The position numbers and the translations under genes are program-made. DNA of 64,000 nucleotides from the human T2T-CHM13v2.0 reference genome, Homo sapiens. Positions 46,371 through 58,079 of this stretch are shown here, one piece after another. The DNA is taken from assembly GCF_009914755.1 (NCBI RefSeq), contig NC_060931.1. One strand, written 5' to 3'. Position 1 is the stretch's first letter. Each line of letters starts with the position of its first letter. The notes under the pieces were generated by a model, which did no database searches, was not told the DNA's origin, and worked only from the letters and a program-made list of their open reading frames with translations.

Positions 46371-46979
46371 TTAAATGCTGCTTCCCTGCATTGGTCCCAG
46401 CCTGCAAGACAAAGAAATTACACTTACAAGAAAGCTCTAGTTCCAGATTGACAAGGGGCCTGTCAGCAAAATGGCTTATTTTTTCCTGTATTTATCAGGT
46501 TAAAATAGGGATAATGCCTTTATCTGGTTAGCTCTAGGCACTAACCATATATAAAGGAAAATAAAATTACCCACCTGTGGTCTCCATTATGTGAAAGTTT
46601 GATTTTTTGCGTTAGGAGAGTAACAATAACTGTTAAGAAAGATTCATCTTGGCATCTGTTGCCAGAATACTGGGAGCAGTAACTTACAAGACACCTGTGA
46701 GCCATGGGAGGTTGAGTGGAGTGTTGGATACCACAGCCTACACAGCCTCTGTAAGACTGTCAGTGTTACTGGATGAATGCTGGACTGATGTTACTGGGAA
46801 ATGGCATTGGAATAATACACATCCCACATGACAGTAAACATTTTCTTGATTGATTGATGTAGACCTTGCCAATTAAAATAGCTCAAGGGAGATTCAGAAG
46901 TGAGCAGACAGAGCCACACAAAAGATCAAATCTTAGGGCTTTAGCATGTCATTTCCAAGTACATACATTGTTTTCAAAC

Positions 46980-49900
46980 TATATGTTGTTTTCAAACAAA
47001 TTCATTACTATAAATTTTCCTCTAAGCACTGCTTTTACTGCATTCGACATGTTTAGATAAGCTATATCTTCATTTTCTTTGTGTTTGAAATATTTTTTAA
47101 ATTTATTCTTGAGACTTCTTCTTTGACCCATATGTTATTTAGAAATTTGTTTATTAATTTCCAAGATAGGTTTTCCAGCTATTTTTGTTATTGATTTCTA
47201 GTTTTTTTGTTATGATCTGAGTATTTATTTTGTATGATTTCTATCTTTGTAAATTTGTTGTGTTTTATGTCCCAGAATATAGTCTATGTTGGTGAATGTT
47301 CCATGACAGCCTGAGAAGAATGTGTATTCTACTGTTGTTTGATGAAATAGTACATAAATATCAATTATATTCAGCTGATTGATGGTGCTGTTAAGTTCAA
47401 CTATATCCTTACTGATTTTCTGTCTGCTGGATCTTCCATTTCTGTAGAGGAGTGTTGAGGTCTCCAACAATGATACTGAAATCATTCTTCCTCTGAAGTC
47501 CGCTTTGTCTGTACTGAATATAGTTACTCCCACTTTCATTTTATTAGTGTCACTAGATATTTTTTCTTTATTTTTTCACTTTAAATCTATCTGTGTTTTT
47601 ATAAAGTGGGTTTATTGTAGACAATATAGAATTAAGTCTTTTTTTTCCTTTGGTTTTTTTTTTTTTTTCCATTCACTCTGACAAGTTCTGTTTTTCTGTT
47701 GGTAACAACTGATGTTTAGAGTAATTATTAATTTAGTTGGTTTACATCTCCCTTATTTGTTACTATTTTTTCTGTTTTCTATTTTTCGCTCTTGTTATTT
47801 TTTTGTTTTCCACTCTTTTCTTGCCTTCTCTAGTTTTAATTATTTTATATGATTCTATTTTTCTCCTCTCTTAGGATATCAATTATACTTATTTTAAAAT
47901 ATTTTTTATTGGTTGCTATGCCTTCGAACTACACATTTACAATTAATCCAAGTTTCATTTCACATAATGTTGTATCACTTCACCAGTCGTGAAAGTACCT
48001 TGGAATAGAGTATTCCTAATCTCTCTCTTGCATCCCCCTGTAACATTACGGTCATTTATTTCATTTTCCGTAAACTATCATTACTGAGAGTTTGAATACT
48101 ATTAAAACGAATGAGAATAGAAAAAGTAGACGATGCTATTTTACCCCACTTATTCCTTCTCTAATGCTCTTCCTTTCTTTATGTAAAACTGAATGTCTGA
48201 CCTATAGTCTTTTTCTTCTTTCTGAAGAATTTCTTACCACTTCTGTCAAGGTAGTTCTATTAGAAACAAAATTTCCTCATTTTTTTGCTTGTCTGGAAAA
48301 GTCTTTTTTCCTCTCTCACTTTTGAAGTATAATTTCACTGATACAAAATTCTAGATTGGTGAGTTTTTTTTTCCTTTTAGCATTTTAAACTTTTCACTCT
48401 ACTCTCATCTTGCTTGCGTGGTTTCTGAAGAGCAGGTCACTGCAATTTTTATCTCTGCTCCTGTATATGTAAGGTATTGTTTTCCTTTTTTATTTCCCTC
48501 CTCTGGTTTTCAAGATTTTGTCATTTTCTTTGATTTTCTGCAGTTTGAAAATTATATATCTATGTGTAAATTTTGTGGTATTTAGCCGGCTTTCTGTTCT
48601 CTGAAATTCCTGGATCTGTTGTTTCATATTTATCATTAATTTGGGGGAAATTCTCACTTATTATTACTTCAAATACTTTTTCTCTTCCTTTCTTCTCCTC
48701 CTTGTATTCTTCTTCTGCATACCTCACAGCTTTTGTGATTCTCCTTCATTCTTGAACATTTTGTCCTGCCATTTCATTCTTCTTTCTCTTTGCCTTTTTG
48801 TTTTGGAAGTTTCTATTGACATTACTTGGAGATCACTGATTCTTTCTTCTGCTGCGTACAGTCTTTTGATGAACATTATTAACATGTATTTGATTTCTGG
48901 TATTTCCTTTTTATTCTTTCTTAGAGTTTCAGGCACTCTTCTTACATTATCTATCTGTTTTTGCATGATTTTTGACTTTTAAAATTAGAGCCCTTAGCAT
49001 ATTTATCATAGTTGTTTTAAATTCTAGGACTAGTAATCCCAACATGTCTGTCATATCTGGGTCTGGTTTGGATGCTTACCTGTCTCTTCCAACTGATTTT
49101 GTCTTTTAGTATGCTTTGTAATTTCATGTTGCAAGCCAGAAGTGATATCCTGGGTAAAAGGAACTCAGTGAGGTAAACGGCCTGTTAGTGTGTGGTTTAT
49201 GTTTATCTGGTTTATTGCTTGCTGTAGCTGTAAGTATCAGGCTATGGTTTCCTGTGGTTTCTTTGTTTGTGCCTCCCCTGTTGTCTTTGGGATTTCCCAT
49301 TTTTTTTTCTTAAAAAGGACTAAGATGTGCAGTTCTCTAAGTTATATTCCCTTGTTACCCCATTGTATTACACCTGTGCCTCTGAACTGTGGCATTTGTA
49401 ACTGCTTCTCATTTCCCTAACCCCTTCCTAATTAAGAAGGAGAGGATGGAGGGAGTTAGAATTGGGTTCTACCTTCCCCTCACATGGAAGACTTAGACCT
49501 GGGTATTTTATTTCCCCCATGTGGAGGGCTACAAAGGGATGCAGTTGAATTTTTCCCCTTTTCAGGTCAGTAAGGCTGTAGTAAAAACTCAGCAGCACAG
49601 GTTTTGCAGAAACCCCCAGTACGTTTGACTCTGGTGGAATAGTTTCTGTAGAGGGCAGGCCTAGTTAAGAACAGAATGCTCTGGTTCTACTTCAAAATGG
49701 CTACTTTTGGAAAACTGGAAGCAAGAGAGGATTTTTCTTTGGTCTTTATTAAGAGAATCCTAGAGGTAAACCTCACAAAAATGTGAGGGCCCTCATGGAA
49801 TTGTTAACTTTCAAACTTATCCACCATGAACAGCTATCAAATTGTCAACTGTTATTTAGGTTTTCCTACCACACTACTAGTGATATAGGAGTTAAAAAGA

Positions 49901-50710
49901 AATTATTTAGGCAGTTAGTGAGGGTACAGGAGTCCTCGGTAAGGTTTTCCTTTTAATAAAAAGCAGTCCCAAAATCTTTTCTTTTCTAACAAAAAGCAGC
50001 CTGAAAAATCAAGCAGCAAGCACAGATAAACCAAGCTGGAGGCTTGCACAGGTGAATGCTGGCTGCTGTGCCAGGTGCCAGGAATATATCTAACATGGAG
50101 GATTTCTCTTCCCTTTTCTTTGTTGCCATGTGTGAGGGTGTCATGGCACCAGCCAGGTAGAGACACCATCTGCATAATAAAAGATTAGGGTAGGATGGCT
50201 AGCCTCTTCATGGGCTATGTAAATGGCACACCTGGTGCAACCAATCCCTGGGCCTTATGTAAATCAGACACCACCTCCTCAAGTCCCTCTATAAAACCAA
50301 CTGCATACTGTCACGAAAAGGGGAGATCTGACTGGAACTCCCCTCCCTCTACCTTGGGGAGCTTTTCTCTTGCTTCTTTCACCTATTAAACCTTCCGCTC
50401 TTAAACCCACACCTTGTGTGTCCTTGTCTTAGTTTTCCTTAGAGTGAGACAACAAACCTCGGGTATTTCCCCAGACAAATGACACAGCTTCACTAGTTCC
50501 TGCAGAGCTTTCTGCTCCAGTAAATTGTGATTCTCTGTACCCTCCTGTGTGTCTGTCCAGTTTGGGGAGCACCAGCTTCCTCTGTGACTTCAATTATCTG
50601 ATGGATCTGAAAAGTCATTGGTTTCTATTTTGTTATGCTTTTTTCCTGTGGGAACAGAAATGATGACTTCCAAGTTCCTCACATGCTGGCCCAGGAATTG
50701 GAGGTCCCCC
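46980..50710 (-). mobile_element. L1MD/L1MC-type 5' half (5' UTR, ORF1, ORF2 endonuclease region), interrupted by MER51
   Basis: ORF RQKISKDIVELNSTINQLNIIDIY..YTFFSGCHGTFTNIDYILGHK (L1 endonuclease); AEERISDLQ (ORF1p coiled coil). Confidence 0.85.
49881..50492 (+). mobile_element. MER51-family solo LTR (ERV1)
   Basis: TGATATAGGAGTTAAAAAGAAATTATTTAGGCAG..CCCCAGACAAATGACACAGCTTCA; perfect 4-bp TSD ctag at 49877-49880 and 50493-50496. Confidence 0.85.
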
Positions 50711-51021
50711 ATATGTTCTTGATTATTTCTTACCCTCCATTATTGATAGTACCTAGCATGGCAGAGTGGTGAGCTAAGCACCTGTCAACAATAGGTTAAC
50801 ACATCAAAGGAAGTAGACCTAGGGAGTGGCTTGTACTCAACAACAGATACAATAAGGCAGGTTCACACTGAATACCCAACTTTGTCACAACCACCATGTA
50901 TTTAACTACGGCTAATATTTTTCTGTATTTTATTTGTGAAAAATTGAGTAAAGTAGATTCAAATAAAAACCAGAAGTGTAAGATTCCCAAGATACCCTCT
51001 GGGCTCTTGCTCTTCATGCCT

Positions 51022-51566
51022 TGTATTAATCATGTTTTTTTTTTTTTAATTATACTTTGACACCTAAGGGGCTTTGGGATCTGGGGTGAAACTGCCTGTT
51101 TCAGCATGAGCTAATTCCTAGAGATAGTAATCAACTTAGTGCAGACCTTTCATATGCAAACCAACCAACCCTGACCCCATACCCTTCATCCTCCTCCTTT
51201 ATCTAACTCTCATACACCAAGCAGATATTCCCCCTGTCCTAAGTCACTCCAGAGCCACATGCCAGATAACGAGGGACGACCTCCATCACCCAGGGTTTGC
51301 CAAATTCCAAGCTTGTTCAGTTGCTCACTGTGCCTCATGGATTCCATTCCACAGAAACCACATGCTTATGTCCATGCTTCTCCCAGTTTCCTCTGCCCCT
51401 GGCCAAGGCTGGTACTTTCTTGTGTGGTCCTGCATGGATTGCCATGGTGTGTCCTCTCCTCTTGGAAACTATGAGTAATCAATTCTTCTTTTAATGGCTT
51501 TGACCCTTTTCTGTCTGTCACTTTACTGCTCCTGATTAAAACAAAACTCTGGTACATTTTGAAACA
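51022..51566 (+). mobile_element. MER74-like solo LTR (ERVL)
   Basis: TGTATTAATCATG..GCTAATTCCTAGAGATAG..CATATGCAAACCAACCAA..CA; perfect 5-bp TSD tgcct at 51017-51021 and 51567-51571. Confidence 0.8.
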
Positions 51567-51574
51567 TGCCTTTT

Positions 51575-52397
51575 TGTAACCGCCCAATGGGTTCGCCTTG
51601 CCCACTGCCTAGCCACACTACTAGTGATATAGGAGTTAAAAAGAAATTATTTAGGCAGTTAGTGAGGGTACAGGAGTCCTCGGTAAGGTTTTCCTTTTAA
51701 TAAAAAGCAGTCCCAAAATCTTTTCTTTCTAGCCAGAGCTGATTTATCGAGACAGGGGAATTGCAATGGAGAAAGAGTAATTCACACACAGCCAGCTGTG
51801 CAGGAAACCAGAATTTTATTATTACTCAAATCAGTCTGTCTGAGCATTTGGGGATAAGAGTTTTAAAAGATAATTTGGAAGGTAGGAGCTCAGGAAGTGG
51901 GGAGGACTGATCGGTCAGGTTGGAGATGGACTCACAGGTGGGGTAGAAGTGAGTTTTTGTTTGCTATTTTCTGTTCCCAGGTGGGATCACAGAACTGGTT
52001 GAGCCAGATAACAGGTCTGGGTGCAGGGTCTGCAAAATGTCTCAAGCACTAATATTAGGTTTTACAATAGTGATATTATCCCCAAGAACAATTTGAGAAG
52101 GTTCAGACTCTTGTAGCCAGAGGCTGCGTGACCCCTAAACTGTAATTTATAACCTTGTAGCCAATTTGTTACTTCTGCAAAGGCAAACTGCTCCCCGGGC
52201 AAGAAAGGGGTCTTTTTGGGAAAGGGCTATTATCAATTTTGTTTCAGAGCCATAAATTCCTTCCCAAGCTTAGTTTGGCCTCCTCCCAGGAATGAACAAG
52301 GACAGCTTAAAGGTTGGAAGCAAGATGGAGTCAGTTAGGTCTGGTCTCTTTCACTGTCATAATTTCCTCAGTTACAATTTTTGCAAAGATGGTTTCA
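51575..52397 (-). mobile_element. LTR8 solo LTR (ERV1) carrying a 120-bp templated insertion
   Basis: Reverse complement begins TGAAACCATCTTTGCAAAAATTGTAACTGAG; the other end reads TGTAACCGCCCAATGGGTTCGCCTTGCCC on the plus strand. Confidence 0.85.
51613..51728 (+). repeat. 116-bp exact dispersed duplicate of 49869-49984
   Basis: Identical base for base by direct comparison; flanked by duplicated ctagcca at 51609-51615 and 51729-51735. Confidence 0.97.
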
Positions 52398-52647
52398 TTT
52401 CCTTTGATGTAAAATGTCAAGACCTGCAAAACTTAACTTTTCTCTATACACAGTGCAGAAAAATACAATCTAAAGTGGTCATTGTTTAAGAAACTTTGGC
52501 CTTTTTTAGGGGGGAGTTGTTCTGTTTCATTCATTTTTAATGGCTAAACTTAGACTGTTAATGATTACTTCATAAAATAACATTAGCAGAAAACTAGCCA
52601 TTTCAACGTTTATCCACTTGACAGATACTAAATAATGAATAGCTTAG

Positions 52648-53380
52648 TTATTTAATTCAGCAAGTATCTATTTATTGCTATTTACTATTGAAGTAGCATT
52701 GTTGTCTGGGGTAAATACCCAAGACTTGTCGTCTCGTGTCAAGGAAATCGAGTATGTGGACAGAAGAAGTGAGTTTAGGAGTGGAGGTTTAATAAACAAA
52801 AGAAAGAGAAAGGATAGCAGCTCTGTCTTGCAAGAAAGAGGCGCTCCTGAATGGGACTTCCAGCCCACAGGAGAGTGCACCGGATTTTATAGACAGGCTT
52901 GAGGAGGTGGTGTCTGATTTACCTAGGGCCCACAGATTGGTTGGACCAGGTGTGACGTTTACGTAGCCCACAAGCAAGCTGATAGCCCCACCCTAATCTT
53001 ATTATGCAAATAGAGTCTTTTCCTGGCTGGTGTCGTGTTGCCTGCTCCTTACTGTACACTGGCTGGCAAAGAGAAGGGACGATGGAGCCACCATGTTGAA
53101 CATGCCTAATCCCAGGTAGCCTTTTCCTATTGGCATAGCTGCCGGCATTCACCCATGCAAGCTTCCAGCTTGCTTGCCTATGTCTGCAGCTCGATTTTAC
53201 AGGCCGCTCTTTGTTAGAAAAGAAAATGATTTTGGGGCTGCTGTTCATTAAATGGAAAACCTTACTGAGGACTTCCTTACCCTCACTATCTGCCTAATTT
53301 CTTCTTAACTCCTGTATCACTATGTTTGAGGTACTCTGTTAGGCACTGAGTAGTGAACAAAACAGATCCTGTCCTCATTC
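52648..53380 (-). mobile_element. L2 3' terminus split by MER51
   Basis: ATTCAGCAAGTATCTATTTATTG..CTAT | GTTTGAGGTACTCTGTTAGGCACTGAG..GTGAACAAAACAGA. Confidence 0.6.
52689..53319 (-). mobile_element. MER51A/B-type solo LTR (ERV1)
   Basis: Reverse complement begins TGATACAGGAGTTAAGAAGAAATT; perfect 4-bp TSD ctat at 52685-52688 and 53320-53323. Confidence 0.85.
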
Positions 53381-54272
53381 GTGCTTCATTATTTTTGTTG
53401 TGATTTGGGAAAACTTCTCAGCTTTACTGTGATTTCTCTAATGTACTAGAATGTGCACAGTGTATAAAAGTTAAAAATGTTTTGCATTTCATTGTATAAT
53501 GAAAGAAGGCCTCCAAATGAAATATTTAATGAGATTTTTTTTTCATATGGATAGGAAAATTTTAAGGATTGCGTTCTGTCAGGCAGGAAAAATACAATTT
53601 TTACTTTAGAAAATAATCAAATAAAAAATTATATAAAATGACCAAGTATAGCAGGGATAATTATAGTAATTATTATACTGTGCTAAAGATATCAACTTAG
53701 AAATATAATGGAATTGCAATTTCTACCATCTCACAGAAACTGATTTCAACTCCTGGGGTTCTAGTACCAGAAGGGAGAAAGCTTTCTGTCTTTTTTCTTT
53801 TTTCATTGCTTATAGCCACATGAACTCATTCTTATGGCCTGTGGGATCTTAATTTTCTCCTCCTCTATTTACTTCCACTTTGTATTAACTTCCTTCTTAC
53901 CTTTTATATCTTCATATCTAAAAAATAGGTTTTTTTAGAAGTTTAGAGATTTTTATTGCTTCAACATTATTAGTGCCATATTTACAAATGTGTAGTTGCT
54001 CAATTTGAACAAATTTGAATAGAGTGAAGACTTATAGGATTTTAGAAACTGTGCAATTACATTCCTTCATTAAAGACAAGAAATTGAAGCTATGTGACTG
54101 CTCAGTGTTAAGTGTTCTGTGAACAAAACACACATTGACACAGTGTCATACACACACACATATACACACATGCATAGAGTCACATATAGTTATAGAATTT
54201 TAATGCTACTTATATTAAAAACAATTTGAATCTTAAGTAAAGTGAGTTAGATATTCAGTCATTTAAATGTAA

Positions 54273-54556
54273 TTTTTTTTTTTTTTTTGAGATGGAGTCT
54301 TGCTCAGCCGCCTAGGCTGGAGGGCAGTGGCGCGATGTTGGCTCACTGAAACCTCTGCCCCCTGGGTTCAAGCTATTCTCTTGCCTCAGCCTCTCGAGTA
54401 GCTGTGCCTCCCAACACCAGAATAATTTCTGTATTTTTAGTAGAGACGGGGTTTCACCATGTTGGCCAGGATGGTCTCGATCTCTTGACCTCATGATCTG
54501 CCCGCCTCTGCCTCCCAAAGTGCTGGGATTACAGGCGTGAGCCACCGCGCTCAGCC
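54273..54556 (-). mobile_element. AluSc
   Basis: GGCCAGGATGGTCTCGATCTCTTGACCTCATGATC; TSD ta(a/c)atgtaattt. Confidence 0.92.
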
Positions 54557-55234
54557 TACATGTAATTTAATATGCATATTTATTAAGCTAATATGTATTG
54601 ATAAAATATTGGATTTCTATTAAAGGAAGCTGGATTATGCATGAAGTTGGATTTACCTCCCACGATCGATAGAAGTTTAAATATCCTCACAGATAATTAG
54701 AAGTGCCTAGGCAAATCATGAAATAACAAGGGGAGAATAGTCATAAATACATCATGTGCTATATTACTTAATGACCATAATGTCAGCCTTCTTCATAGAA
54801 CCCAACTGTAATACTATCAAGCCTATGAGATGCGATACCAGTAGTCTTAGCATTGCGAAAGGTCAGAGAGCAGCGTGGAAGTTATGAATCGTACATGTAA
54901 GAAGACAGCAGTTGTTTGTCACTTTGACACCCTAGCTCAGCAGACAGGAGTCTTAAAGGACTCAAGGACAGGTTCTGAAAGGATTACTGAGGTTGCCTTC
55001 TGATTGGGAGATCATTTTTCTTGGGCTGAACCCTGGTCTACTCTTGCTTCCCTAGTTCTTTCCTTTCAACAGATCTGTGTTCCATAATATTTTGAGTAAA
55101 ATAAAATGACAGAAATCACTAGTGTCATGTAGTTACTATGTTTCTGCTGTTAAAATAAGCACCCAGGAAAGAATATTGTGCTGACATTTTACCATTCAGG
55201 CTTAAGGAGAAGGAATGATTTAAAAGATATGCTT

Positions 55235-55410
55235 TGAAACTTCATAGTGTCTTAGATAAGTTAGATAGATAGGTGTTGCTATTATCCTAATATCACAGAT
55301 TGGAAAGTGAGACACAGGAGTTGAAGTAACTTGCCAAAGGCCACATAGTAAGTAAGTGGCAGAGCTGAGACTGGAGGCTAGACTGCCATGTTTCAGAGCC
55401 CAGGCATCAG
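55235..55410 (-). mobile_element. MIR fragment
   Basis: ATTATCCTAATATCACAGAT..AAGTAACTTGCCAAAGGCCACATAGTAAGTAAGTGGCAGAGCTG. Confidence 0.8.
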
Positions 55411-56023
55411 ACACTGCAGAGCCTCGGATGAGCTGACACAATAAGAGATGTTATTGAAAGCAATAACTCAATTGTTCAGATGAAAACTTGACTAGAACAT
55501 TATGGAGAAGAAGTCAATAGTAACTGACATTTTTAACAATGATTCTTGCAGGAAATTCTCTTCTACTTAAGTGTTTTGTTTTCAAAGTACAAGATTTGCC
55601 TTTCAGATTATGTTCAAGGTCTGAGCTGACAGGATCTTTGGCTTAGCAGGAAGAATTTCAGAAAAGAAATGTTCCTGTAACAAGACTTGAAAACAGAAAT
55701 TGGAGCTAGGAGGGCCCATTGATTCTGAGAAAGCCTGGGAAGCTCGGAACCCATGATACTGGATTGATTATCAATGTGAAAAGAGGGAAACACAGCCTAC
55801 CATTCTACAGATTAAGCATGATTTCTTCTAATCAGATGCTATCAACATTTCAAGTCCTCATTCAGCAAAAAATAGCAATAGGCTATAGGATAGCTTTCAA
55901 AACCATTAGCTAATAACTTTATTTTTAATTATCTCACCTACTGTTAATACATGGACCAAAGGATACATCTTTTCCTCAAGCTAAGTACTGTGATTTGCAT
56001 TTGACACACTTAGAAAAATTATT

Positions 56024-56320
56024 TATATTATATATAATATATATCTATAGATATATATTATATATAATATATATCTATAAATATATATTATATATAATAT
56101 ATATCTATAGATATATATTATATATAATATATCTATAGATATATTATATATAATATATATCTATAGATATATTATATATAATATATCTATAGATATATAT
56201 TATATATAATATATCTATAGATATATATTATATATAATATATCTATAAATATATATTATATATAATATATATCTACAAATATATATTATATATAATATAT
56301 ATCTATAAATATATATTATA
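56024..56320. repeat. Self-complementary AT-rich minisatellite, about 10 units of 26-30 bp
   Basis: Unit atatctatagatatatattatatataatat; its reverse complement is a rotation of itself. Confidence 0.95.
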
Positions 56321-56384
56321 CATAAGTAAAATATATACAAACATATGACAAATATAAATGATAAATATAAAATGTACATTTTAA

Positions 56385-56817
56385 ATATATATACACATAT
56401 ATATTGTGTGTATATATATACACACATATATGTATATACATATATACACACATATATGTATATACATATACACACACATATATGTATGTACGTATACACA
56501 CACATATATGTATGTACGTATATACACACATATATGTATGTACGTATATACACACATATATGTATGTACATATACACACATATATGTATGTACATATACA
56601 CACACATATATGCATATACATATATACACACATATATGCATATACATATATACACACATATGTATATACATATATACACACATATGTATATACATATATA
56701 CACACATATATATACATATATACACTTATATATGTATATACATATATATGTGTGTATATATATACACATATATACATATATATACACACATATATATATA
56801 CACATATATATATATAT
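56385..56817. repeat. Compound (TA/CA/TG) micro/minisatellite
   Basis: Higher-order units such as tatacacacatatatgtatgtacg. Confidence 0.95.
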
Positions 56818-56929
56818 GGACAAAGTCTTGCTATCTTGCCTAGGCTGTTCTCTAATTCCCAGCTTCAAGCAATCCTGCTTCAGCCTCCCAAAACATTGGG
56901 ATTACATGTGTGAGCCACAATGCCTGGCC
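56818..56929 (-). mobile_element. FLAM_C or AluJ left monomer
   Basis: GTCTTGCTATCTTGCCTAGGCTG..CAGCCTCCCAAAACATTGGGATTACA..CCTGGCC. Confidence 0.8.
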
Positions 56930-57280
56930 CCTGACACACGTATTTTCTGATCCAAAAGAGAAGCAGAGAGTAATTTGAGATGCTTCCCAATGATAATAAT
57001 AAACAGGAAGGGAAAATGCAAATAAGAAGAAATGCTATCTAGATCTTTCCACAAGCACAGTTTACTTAAGTCATTATCTTTTAGAAGAATGTTTATTTTG
57101 GCAACTAGAATTGAGGTCTCAACTCTGGTTTGCCTGTGCCTAGGATGCAAGCAGACGTTGCTGAAGCAGTTCCCTTTCTGCGGAGCCTGCTGACAAAGCT
57201 TCCACTAAACATAGACAACTACCTGAAAACAGGCCCTTGCCAACACTGCAGGACTCTCAAAACAGACATACTTTGTGGCC

Positions 57281-57505
57281 CCAAGGTATAAAAACTTATT
57301 TGTAAAGCTCCAAAGACTACATATTTTAAGGTTTTAGAATTATGTGGCTACTATTGCAACTACTCAAATTTGATGTTGTATTAGGAAAGCTGTCATAGAT
57401 AATAGGTAAATAAATTGGCATTGTTATATTAAAAATAAAACTGTAATTACACACAAAAAAGATACAGGCTAGGTTTGGTTCACAGGCCATAGTTTACTGA
57501 CCTCT
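57281..57505 (+). mobile_element. MER58A-like hAT-Charlie DNA transposon
   Basis: TGTAAAG..ATATTTTAAGGTTTT..TTGCAACTACTCAA..CATAGATAATAGGTAAATAAAT..CAGGCCATAGTTTACTGACC. Confidence 0.75.
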
Positions 57506-58079
57506 TTTTACTTGTAAATTCAAAGGGAAATCCGAAGACGAAAATATATTTAAGGAAAAGAAATACTGTGAAAGGAAATGACCAAGATGAACAAACAATG
57601 CAATTAAGCCAAATGAAAGAAAAAAATAATAAAATAGAAGTAAAATTGTTAAAATCTCAGGTGATCCTCTCAGAAGGAAGGGGCTACGAAAAAAAAAAAA
57701 GAAAGAAAATTAGAAAGGTATATTGTAAATTAAATACTCCATGTAAACTTAAAACAACAGATAGATTCAATATTGAAATGGAAATGATCTAAATTCAACT
57801 AAAATGTAAAGAAAAAAATGTATGGAGAGAATTATTTTTGAGGGGGCTATGTATTCATATACAAATATTTCCATTAATCACTAACATTTGGGTAGTGACT
57901 GGACTCTCAATTTGTTACATATCAGACTGGCAATAACTATTAACTTAAAAAAAGCAGGCAAAAGTTTTCTAGATTCTCAAATAAAAATTCCTCAGTTTTA
58001 GAAATGTTAAGGTATTCAAGTTCAATCATGTTAAATCATAATAAATTATGATTTATTTAAAAAAAAGAAAAAGAAAAAG

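Noticed and set aside
51613-51728. Third independent MER51 insertion
   Set aside because: It carries the upstream copy's flanking DNA and is 100% identical to it, so it is a local templated copy.
49881-53319. MER51 copies as the two LTRs of one provirus
   Set aside because: Opposite orientation, different TSDs and no gag/pol sequence between them.
56024-56320. CRISPR-like regularly spaced palindromic repeat
   Set aside because: No unique spacers, no cas genes and a eukaryotic context; it is a minisatellite.
56215-56950. Longest ORFs in the window (145-217 aa, both strands)
   Set aside because: Translations of TA/CA/TG repeats (Y/I/H/T/C/V/M runs) that lack stops by composition; not genes.
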